Below are positions 16,117 to 25,700 of a stretch of 32,000 nt of DNA, piece after piece. Both the position numbers and the translations under genes were made by a program. Under the pieces are notes generated by a model. The model was not told the DNA's origin and searched no databases. It saw only the letters and a program-made list of their open reading frames with translations. Location: positions 330,001 to 362,000 of the forward strand of contig JANQMZ010000007.1 of assembly GCA_028279805.1 (NCBI GenBank), in the 5' to 3' direction. The first letter of the stretch is position 1. The number at the start of each line of letters is the position of its first letter. Source of the DNA: an archaeon. Lineage in GTDB: Archaea > Iainarchaeota > Iainarchaeia > Iainarchaeales > JANQMZ01.

Positions 16117-18402
16117 TCAGCCTTTTTCTGAAAGCACTTTTTTTACAAGAGATTTTTCAAACCATTGTTTCCATTCTTTTAAAACCTCATCATAATCAAC
16201 TTTGCCATGTTCATCAATCTGCCTTTGTTTTAACAATAAAAGTTTGTCATTTGCAACTGAAGTGTTTTCCGCTTCAAGCAGGTTTGGAATTTTATGCTTG
16301 TTTTTCATTTCAACCATAAAAGATTTTGAATTTCCACGCATGGTTATTTCTTTCCACATTTCACTTGTTGTCAAACCCGATGTTCTTGAAATTTTTTCAA
16401 ACAAAACACTTTTTTTAAAATTTTCTTCAAGCAATTCAAGCTTGTCTTTTTTTGCATCATATAACATTAAATCAAGCAAGCCGTCTTCCTGTTGAGGGTC
16501 ATCTGTCCAGTTTTTTCCAACCTCGGTTAACTGAACAACTCGTCTTTGTCTTTTCAAAGAACCTGCAAAACGAATCGGCCTTGCCACAACAATCAAATCA
16601 GTTGCCTTAAAACTTGTTGAAGGGACACCCAAATCATTAACAACTCTGTCCCAGACACTGTAAGCAGAATCACCATGAATTGTTCCCATTACAATGTTTC
16701 CGGCTGCACCAACTCTCATTGCTTCATACAAAGTTTTAGCTTCAGTGGAACGCACCTCTCCCAAAACCAGAGCAGAATCACCCAATCTTAAAGCGGTTCT
16801 TAAAGAATCTTCAGGGGAAACCTCTGTTTCAGATTTGCTTACACCAATTGGTGACCTTGTTTTTAATCTTTGAACATTAAAACCAATTCTTTTCATGTAC
16901 TCGGCAGGCAACTCCAGTGTATCTTCCTGTACAATTATTCTGGCGCTTTTCAAAATTTCCTGCATGCATGAACCAAGCAAAGAAGTTTTGCCTGAACCTC
17001 TGGAACCGGTTACAAGCATTGTTGCCTGATTGTCAATAAAAAAAGAAATTAATCCTGCTGCCATTGGATTCAAAAAATCAACATCAATAAACTGTGACAA
17101 CGTCCAGGGAGAAAGCTTGTGTAAACGAAAAGCAAAAGCTATGCCGTCCGGAGCCAAAGGCGGCCCAATAACTGCAACCCTTGTATCCAAGTCTTCCAGA
17201 TCCAAATCCAAAACAGGGTGAGCTTCATCAAAAGGCCTGCCGGACATCGCCCTCATTTTTGTAACCAAAGCCTGTGCTTCATTTTCGGTGTACATTACAT
17301 TTGTTCTGCATTGCCCGTAATCCGAATGCACTAAGTAAATGGGGTTTTGGCCAATGGGAGAATCCAGATAAATGTCTGTAATTTTTCTGTCTGATAATAA
17401 TATTTCAAGAATGCCATAACCAACAGTGTAACGGGCAACAATTGATGATAATTCTTTTATTTCTTCAGGGGTAAGCGAAATGTCATTTTGTTCCGCAATA
17501 TCCTTAATTGTGCTGCGGTAAATTCTTTCAAAATATTTTCTTGACTGTGCAACCGTGCTTAAAGAAGTTTTGCCCGGCTTGTATCCTGCAACAACTTCTT
17601 TTGCCTTGCTTAAAACAAAATATTTGTCAGGAGTTAAACTGTATTCAGGCGGGTTGATAAAGTAAAGGTTTTGGGTTTCATTCGGATGTTCAAAAATCTG
17701 TACATTGGAATTTAAAACATTGTAATCATCAAGCAGTACAAGTTTTTCATCATCACGAAATGTTAATCTTGCTCCGATAAAAGCAGGCTTTAATTCTGCT
17801 TCAAAAAAACTTTTATAAATGTCTTTTGTTTCAGGAACTTCTTTTAAAGATAATAAAAACTTTTTTGCTTTTTTGATTAATTCTGTCTGCTCAAAACTTT
17901 CCTTTAAATAATTTAAAGTCTGCAGGTAAACTTCAGCATCCTCTTTGTATTCTTCGGTTCCGTTTGCAATTTTTTCATTTTCTTTTGCAAATTCCTGCAG
18001 GCAAGTTAAATAAGACATGATCGGGTCAAACGAAATTAAATCATGTGCAATTCTTACAACAACTTTGTAGCGTCGTGCATAATCTGTTTCCTGTTCAGGT
18101 GTTTTTGATTTTCCCAAACGGGAATAACTCCACATGTTTTCAGATTCAAATTTTTGTTTTAATGCGGCTATCTCCGACAGCATTTGTGTCTGGTTTTCAT
18201 CATAAATTCTTTCATAAACATCTGACAAAATTATTTGGTCGGCATCAACTTTGTCCAAAACTGATAAAACGTGGTACATGCAATGCCGGTCATCAGCAAT
18301 TGAGGCACCATAAACACAGTCCTTGCATTTAAAGTATAATTTTTTTTTACCCGCGTCTTCTTTGACCTGGTAATCTCCTACCTTAAATCCGCCTATTTTC
18401 AT
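16117..18402 (-). CDS. FlaI/PilB/VirB11-superfamily type IV pilus assembly ATPase (T2SSE family), 761 aa with an N-terminal extension
   Basis: Walker A is VTGSRGSGKTS (16981-17013). The Asp box and Walker B are IIVQEDTLEL and SALVLGEVRSTEA. The His box is MGTIHG. A FlaI-like N-domain (YFINPPEYSLTPDKY) is present. A CAGGTG SD (18408-18413) lies 5 nt upstream of the ATG. Confidence 0.9.
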   Translation of the reverse strand: MKIGGFKVGDYQVKEDAGKKKLYFKCKDCVYGASIADDRHCMYHVLSVLDKVDADQIILSDVYERIYDENQTQMLSEIAALKQKFESENMWSYSRLGKSKTPEQETDYARRYKVVVRIAHDLISFDPIMSYLTCLQEFAKENEKIANGTEEYKEDAEVYLQTLNYLKESFEQTELIKKAKKFLLSLKEVPETKDIYKSFFEAELKPAFIGARLTFRDDEKLVLLDDYNVLNSNVQIFEHPNETQNLYFINPPEYSLTPDKYFVLSKAKEVVAGYKPGKTSLSTVAQSRKYFERIYRSTIKDIAEQNDISLTPEEIKELSSIVARYTVGYGILEILLSDRKITDIYLDSPIGQNPIYLVHSDYGQCRTNVMYTENEAQALVTKMRAMSGRPFDEAHPVLDLDLEDLDTRVAVIGPPLAPDGIAFAFRLHKLSPWTLSQFIDVDFLNPMAAGLISFFIDNQATMLVTGSRGSGKTSLLGSCMQEILKSARIIVQEDTLELPAEYMKRIGFNVQRLKTRSPIGVSKSETEVSPEDSLRTALRLGDSALVLGEVRSTEAKTLYEAMRVGAAGNIVMGTIHGDSAYSVWDRVVNDLGVPSTSFKATDLIVVARPIRFAGSLKRQRRVVQLTEVGKNWTDDPQQEDGLLDLMLYDAKKDKLELLEENFKKSVLFEKISRTSGLTTSEMWKEITMRGNSKSFMVEMKNKHKIPNLLEAENTSVANDKLLLLKQRQIDEHGKVDYDEVLKEWKQWFEKSLVKKVLSEKG

Positions 18403-18503
18403 TCAAGCACCTGAAACTGCTTAAAAAAGGGGTTAGGAATTATTAAACTTAACTTTAAAGCGGTTTTATCAGCAGGAATGCATGTTTTAAGGGAAAGTTA
18501 TAT
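18403..18503. promoter_or_regulatory. Divergent promoter region between the pilus operon and the + strand gene block
   Basis: This is a 101-nt AT-rich gap. For the minus strand, TTTAATAATTCC (18436-18447) lies about 40 nt upstream of the ATPase ATG. For the plus strand, TTATATA (18498-18504) lies about 27 nt before the in-frame ATG at 18528. Confidence 0.35.
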
Positions 18504-18944
18504 ATGAGTAAAAAGGCTTTTTTTAACATGAGAAAAAAACGCTGGCTGCCTGAATGGGTTGAACGATTGTTCAGTGCCGGAAAAAGAAGGGAAATGCTGA
18601 GAAGAAAAAACAAAGAACTTTTGGATAAAGCATTTAACTGGATTCCCCCCATGGAAGTCAGAGAATTAGACCATTTGTTTGAAACGGGCATACTGGCGTC
18701 TTATAAAGTCAGGGATTCCGCATTGCTTGAAAGGCTTCCCGTTGAAACCGTTACAGTTCACAGCGGAGAAAATGCAAGGAAAAAAGTGGAAAGAGTTTTA
18801 ATAAAAACCGGAACAAGTAAAATTGAAACAGGAGTAACGCTGGAGTTACCCGGATTAAAAATAATTCATTTATTTAAAACAGAACAAATTAATCCGGAAG
18901 CGATACCGGTTAAAAAACCAGCCGAAGAAGAATTTAAAATATGA
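18504..18944 (+). CDS. Hypothetical protein with a basic N-terminus
   Basis: The 146-aa ORF has no TM segment and no motif I recognise. The TATA-like TTATATA overlaps the listed ATG, so the real start may be the leaderless ATG at 18528 (MRKKRWLPEW...). Confidence 0.45.
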   Translation: MSKKAFFNMRKKRWLPEWVERLFSAGKRREMLRRKNKELLDKAFNWIPPMEVRELDHLFETGILASYKVRDSALLERLPVETVTVHSGENARKKVERVLIKTGTSKIETGVTLELPGLKIIHLFKTEQINPEAIPVKKPAEEEFKI

Positions 18945-19062
18945 TAAATTTAAATAAAAAAAATTAAACAAAATTAAAATTATAAGAAACAAAAAAAGGA
19001 AAAAGTGTTAAAAAAAAATTAAATGAAATGTTAAAATTGTTAAAAAAAACTGGTGTTGTTAA

Positions 19063-19596
19063 ATGTTTGAAAATTTTTTTAAAAAAAAGAAAAAATATCT
19101 GGAAAAAGAATCACCAAAAGCAAAAAAATTTTTGTTTATTTTTTTAATTGCATTTATTTTATTAAACTCGGTCTTATTGTTTGTTCCATTACAGGTTTTT
19201 GAATTACCGATTGCGCATCTGACTTTGTTTTATTTAACATTAAAAGGAATGCAGGGGCAAATTGTTTTACAGGAACCTGTTTTGATTTCAATGAGTTCAG
19301 GTTTGCAGATTATAATTTCTTATTTGTGCACAGGCTTAATGGAATTGTTTGTATTATGGGCAAGCATTATTGCTTCAATAGGCATAAGCATTAGAAAAAG
19401 AATTCTGGGCCTGGTTTTTGGCTTAATCGGGACGCAGATTTTTAATCTTATAAGAATTTTTATAACACTGGAATTTATTCTAAAATCAAACATTGACACA
19501 ATCGTTTTTGTGCATGATGTGCTGTTTAGGGTAACCCTTTTAGCTGTAATAGCAGGCTTATATGCAGCATGGTTTTACTGGGCAACAAGAGAATGA
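19063..19596 (+). CDS. Exosortase/archaeosortase-family membrane protein (short form, 177 aa)
   Basis: The protein is polytopic. It has the family's ordered motifs: Cys in SYLC(89)TGLMEL, Asn/Arg in IFNLIR(131)IFITL, and VH(151)DVLFR(156)VTLLAVIAGLYAAWFYW. The Cys-to-Arg spacing is 42 aa. GGTG lies upstream of the ATG. Confidence 0.65.
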   Translation: MFENFFKKKKKYLEKESPKAKKFLFIFLIAFILLNSVLLFVPLQVFELPIAHLTLFYLTLKGMQGQIVLQEPVLISMSSGLQIIISYLCTGLMELFVLWASIIASIGISIRKRILGLVFGLIGTQIFNLIRIFITLEFILKSNIDTIVFVHDVLFRVTLLAVIAGLYAAWFYWATRE

Positions 19597-19721
19597 AAAT
19601 ATTTTTATTCAAAGAATACCTTAGAATAACGCCTTTAAACAGCAGAAAAAGGATGAAAAAAAGAATTAAATAGTAATTTATTCATAAGTTAATGAGAACA
19701 GGTTAATAGTTGGTGTTCTGA

Positions 19722-22700
19722 ATGGTAATGGAACAAATAGGGCGGTTTTATGCAGGAATAGAGGAAAAATGGTATAATTTTGCCGATGCCCTTGAAAAAA
19801 AAGGAATTCCGTTAACCATTTATACAAATTTTTTGGAAGAAAAAGGCATTCCTTCACTGCCTTTTACGATAGGAACATTCATATTGCTTGTAGGAGTTTT
19901 TTACTTTTTTTTAATAATGAATGCGGGAATAAACCCAACATTGCAGTTAAGTGTTGTTGACCAGGTTGGCAATCCTGTTGGCGGAGTACAATTAAATGTT
20001 TCAGGCCCGGGATTTGATTCTTTTACAAGAAATGTGGGCAGCTCGGAATTATTGGCTTTGGCGCCGATGAATGTTGGTTCAGTTGTTACAATAAAAGCAT
20101 CAAAAGAAAATTATTCAAGCACAACACAGGAAATAAAAATAAGCGGGGAAACTCAGCCTGTTAAAATAGTTCTTGAAACAAATTTTAATCACATTGTGGG
20201 GCAGGCAAGCTTTGTTGATGCTGAAACAGGAACAGTTATAACAGATATTACTGGCGCAACTGTTACTGATGCGTTAGGCAGAACATACCGGGGCAGGGTT
20301 TCAGACGGAAAAGTTGTGTTTGCAAATGTTCCGGAAGGAGAAGAGCTTGACATTTTAATAACAACAAGAAATTATGAAGAATATGATAATACCATAAGCT
20401 TTTCTGAAAATGAAATTCCTGCAATTGAATTAATGCCAATACTGGCAGGCTTTGCGGCAAAAACAGATTTGTTAATAGAGGTAAGAGATGAAACGGGAGA
20501 ATTTGCAAAAAATGTTTTAATAAAAATTTTAAACGAATCAGGTGAAAGCATTTATGAGGAAGACTCGGAAACGGGAACGTTTCAGGCACAGCTTGACGAA
20601 AGAAAAATTGTTCAGATTGTCGTAGAAAAAGAAGATTACCTAATTTTTAATTCGGAACCGTTTACTTTGACAGGAGATGAAACACAGTACACTGTTAATT
20701 TAAGAAAAGGCGGGGAAAAATTAACGATTACTGTTGTAAACCAGGCAAGCACTCCTTTAAGCAATGCTTTTGTTGCATTGCACAATTTTGAAGGAAAATT
20801 TGTTGACAGCAAGGAAACAGGAATTGATGGCATTGCAGAATTTGCAAACCTTGACCCGAATTTGGCATATTTTGTGTCAGGCTCAAGATCAGGTTTTTTG
20901 GCTGAAAGAATGAACGTAGAACCTGCTAAAACTGAAAATGTTATTTTAAGGCTTGAAGGAATAAGCCCTGCCAATTCAGTTAATGCAAAAGTTTTTGTGT
21001 TTGAATCAGAGGTGTCACCGGCAAACAATTCAACTGTTTCATTTTTTGAAATAACTGAAGACAAGGAATTGCCTTTAGGGTTGCCTCCTGCAAGAACAAA
21101 CATTACAGGACTGGTTGAATTCAAAGTAAAACCTAATACAAATGTTTTGGTTAAGGCTCAAAGAGGTTTAATGGAATCAGAGGCAAGTTTTGTTCCCGAA
21201 ATTGGAAAAGAAAATGAAATCAGGATTATTTTGGAATTGCCCCCAACAATTACAAGGTTAAATTTTGTTGATGAAACAGGAAAACATCAGAAAGGTTCCG
21301 TGCTTATTACAACAGAATCGGGGGATACGTTGTTTGATGGAAAAATAGAGTCAGGAAAAATTTTGTTTAATTCTGATAATTACAAATCGGTTATTGTTAA
21401 CGTGGAATTGGAAGACGGAACAACTTACACTGAAAAACTTTTGATTGGAAATGAAAAAGAATTAAGTTTAACTGTTGCAGGGGAAAAAAATTCAGGAGCA
21501 AAACCGGAGTTAGAATTTTTGGGAATATTTAATGAACAGGGTCAAAAAGTTGAAGCAATTTCAAAAGAAAAGCCGTATTATTTAAAATTTAAAACAGTTT
21601 TTGCACCGGGAACAGCAAAAGCTGGACTGCATGTAAGGCTGGGTCCGGATTCAGTCAAATATGTTGACTCGCAGGGCATGGGAATTTTAGGATTTGATGC
21701 TGTAACGGGAAATTATTTTTTAGGCACAACTTATACTCCTGAACCTTTGCCGGGAAACGAATCAATTGACAAGCAAAATTCCGGTGGAAAAGAATCTTAC
21801 AACAAACTGGTTGAATTGTATTATTCTGAACCGAATGAAATTGAAATTGCAAAAATTAAGGTTCAGGCAAGACAGACTTTTGATGCAAAAGAATTTGATG
21901 TTCATTACAGGGCATGGGTTGAAACATCGGGAAAAATTTACAGAGAACCTCAGGATAAAGAACTTGGAAATGAAAGATTTTCATCAGTCAAGTCAGGGTT
22001 GTATGCTGAAACCCAGAGAACAAGTGTAAAAGTGTCTGAATCGCAGGTGCATTGCGGTGAAAACATTTGCGCAGATTATGTTTTTGTAGATGAGTCAGGA
22101 TTAGTGTTTGAAGAAAATGAATTCAAGCCTGTTCTGGGAAAAACTTATGCATTGCAAATGAATCTGAATTCGGGGCAAACTGTTACCCCGAGCGTTTTAA
22201 TTTCAACTGAAAAGCAGGAACCAAAAATTTTGTTTTCAAGTTACCAGGTTCAGGCTTTCGGAGCTTTTCCGGGAGGAGACGCAAAAAGAGTTGAATTAAG
22301 AGTTGAAGGTTTAAGGATTCTGGCAAATCAGGAAAGAAATGTCAGGGCATTTTTTAAAACAGATAATGCAGGTTCAAGTTTTGTTAATGTAAAAATTGCA
22401 TTAGGCGAAAACATTACAGAAAAAACATTTTACTTTAATGTTTCAAAACAAAAAGAATTTGAAATAGAAGTTGTTCCTGAAAAAATTTTCGTAGGAGACA
22501 ATTTTGTAATACTTTTAACAGATACTGAAACCGGAAGCTTGATTGAAAATGCAACAATACAACTGGAAACAACAAAAAATGAACTTGTAAGGACTGTAAT
22601 AGGAAACGGTTCAATTGACAGGGGTGCAGGCGGAAGATATTTGGTAAAAGAAGGAATGGGAATAGGAGAATACAGGGCAATAATTTCAGCACCTGAATAC

Positions 22701-25700
22701 AAAACAATTGAATATCCTTTGCTGATACTGGAAGAAGGTTTAATTGAACTGGCAGATGTTAAAATTTCTCTGGCTCACAGCCAGTCAAAATCAGGAGTAA
22801 ATGCTGTTTTGACAAATAAAAGCAAATTTTCTCTTGAAAATGTTTCAATTGAAATAAGAGAGGATTCACAATGGCCTGATGAGTTAAGATTAAAGCTTGT
22901 AACAGAACCTCAAAAAGTCGGGTCAAACGGGAAAGCAAGTTTCAGAATTGAAGCGGAATACACAGGAGAACTGGAGGAAAGGGCGTACGGAGAAGCTGAC
23001 CTGATTGCATCAGGTTTTATTGCCGGAAAATTTTACTCTCAAACAATTTCAAGAATAAGAGTTTCATACAATGAACAGTTTGATGCTGAATGTCTGGCTT
23101 TTGACAAAAAAAACATAGATGTTTCAATGCTGGGAATAACGGGGAACCAGCAAACAGTTTCGTTCAGGGCAACAAACAATTGCGGAAAACAATTGGAATT
23201 AAAGCCTGAAGTTTCAGGAGAACATTCGGATAAGGAATTAAGATTGCAGCCATCTGACATTATCATAAGGGCAGGGGAAGAAAAAGAATTTGATGTTGAT
23301 GTTTCAAACAGAATTAACCGTTACTATTCAGGACCAGAGGAAAGAAAATTCAGAGTTTATTACAGAAGCCCTCAGATAACAAAAGTTTTGGACATAAGAA
23401 TTTTACTGACTCACCCCTCATTTTCCCTGCAGACAAATGACAACATTGACGTATTTTTAAGCCCTGAAGAAGGAAGCTCAAAAGCAACAGGGCATGGAAA
23501 TCTTTTCATAAAAAATGTTGGTTCAAGAGCAATTGAAGCAATAAATATTTCACCAGGAGCAACCCAAAGCAATATTACCCTAAGAGTATTGCCAGTCGGA
23601 GGATTATACGGGCAAGGGTCACAGGCAGTTGGATTGCCACACCCTACAAGAGGAGCTGCAACAATTTTTGACATATTATCATTAGGCTCTTTTACTCCGG
23701 CAAAAACACCTTACCTGGAACCACAGGCACTGGCTTTCTCACCTACAAAAAGACCTGTTTACGGAGGATTAGATGTATCAACACAACAGTTGAGGCCCGG
23801 GGAACAAATCAATCCGCCGATGACAATTTACGCGGAAACAAGTGCATTAAAAACATTGCCACGGGAACCGCAAAAAAGAATTCTTGAAATTTCAGGAGTA
23901 ATTGACGGAAGAAGATATCCTTTGAAAACTGTTACAGTTTGGCTGCACGCATCATCACCACAATGCTTAAAGATTTTCGGAGCAAACAACAAGGCTTTCA
24001 GAAGCGGCGATTCTTCAGAGGGAAGCATCAGCCACAATATTGATATTAAAAATGACTGTGGGGAAGAAGTTAGAAATATTTCAATTGAACCTGAAAACTT
24101 TGGAGGAAACACATTCGAGTTGGTTCCGTTGGACACATCTTTTTTGAGACAGGGGCAAAGAGCATCATTTAAATTAATTTTAAAGAAAGGCTCGGATTAT
24201 TCAACTTTGGAAGGAAGAACTGAAACATTGTTTGTGAAAGGATTCCTTGTAAGAACTCAAAGATTTATTAAATCGGCCCCGATTAGCGGAATAATAATTG
24301 AAATAGGCCAAAAAGCGGAAGCAATCGGAAAAGCAACAAGCCCTGTCGCAATACCAGTATGTGAACTGCCAGAAGAAGACGGCTTGGCTGTCAAGTTTCC
24401 GGTAATTGCAAAAGGAAATGATTGTACAACAGGTTATTGTGATGCGGAACAGTTTTCAGAATTTTTACTTGAAAAACTTGACAACAAAGTTTCAGATGTT
24501 CAGAGAAAAATCAGGGCAGGTTCGGGAAATACTGCAAGCTTTGCAGGCTGTGACCCGACACAACCATTTTGCAGTTTTTCAAGCATGGGCGTAATATCGG
24601 CGCCTGTTTATTCATATTTCCAGAATGACTTGCTGAGCAAGGATGTAATAAAACATGTTCAGGATCAGGGCAGGTATAAAAGTGTTCAAAAAATGCAGCC
24701 TGAATTCAGGCAGGTTGACATTGAAAAATTAAACGCAAGCTTTACAATTAACCAGTTAATGATATCAGAAGTAATAAGAGGTTGTGGACGGTATGAATTA
24801 AGTTTTGACGGAGCTGTACAAAATGTCGGAGGCAAGCTGTTAGAAAACAACATTGTTTTACAGGTTAATGTTATCGGAAAAAGCCATACGGATGAATGCA
24901 ATCCTACAAAAATTCAGAACATTATGAACTTTTTGCCGCAGGATGAAGGCCTGACAACTCTTGACAGGAAAGGAACATGGCTTGGATTAATTCAGTATGA
25001 GTCAAGAAATGAAGGATTTAAGGAATTGGCTTCAGACTTGTCAAACACTTTGTTTGGAACTGAAACAGGCAGGACAACCACAGGAGCAACGGGAACAAAC
25101 AGATTGAATTTGGAATTAGGGGAACTGGAAGGAAACAGCATTGTAAAAATTGAAACAGACCAGCGTTCTGAAGAAACACCGCAGCCAAGAAATTCAAAAG
25201 TAATTTTAACAGATTTATATGCCCAAAGCTCTGAAGCTTACAGAAATGAAATCGGAAAAGAAGCGGGAAAAGCTTTGGCTGCATTAAAACAAAGCCAGAT
25301 TAAAGGTTGTATTGCACAGGATGAATCATACTTGTTGTTGGAATCAGCTGAAGATGTTGGCAATACAAAAATAACAGGACCAAAAGGATTACCTTTAACA
25401 ACTGCAGAATTTTGTTCAGCTTACAAAGTTGAAAGTTCTTTAATCGGAGGGGAAATAGAACTTGAAGCAAGCACTGAAACTGATCCGGTGCCGGGAATTG
25501 AAAACATTGTTTTAAAAAATTCAAACGGAGAAGAACTGGGAAACAATGGAAGCAATGTTTATACAACAGACAATGGCGTGCCGATAAGATTAAATGAAAA
25601 TGAGGAAACAGGGCAATTTGAATATGAATTCCAGTTATGTGTTGACGGAAAAGGACCTGTTGTGTTTGAAGCTCGTGACCAAAATGTTGCACTGCAGGCA

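Noticed and set aside
20636-21124. Antisense ORFs inside the giant genes, for example 20636-21124 (162 aa), 25300-25701 (133 aa), 29852-30232 (126 aa) and 30281-30571 (96 aa)
   Set aside because: They are fully embedded opposite long coherent ORFs. They have shadow-frame composition (S/F/L/C-rich), no SD motifs and no recognisable features.
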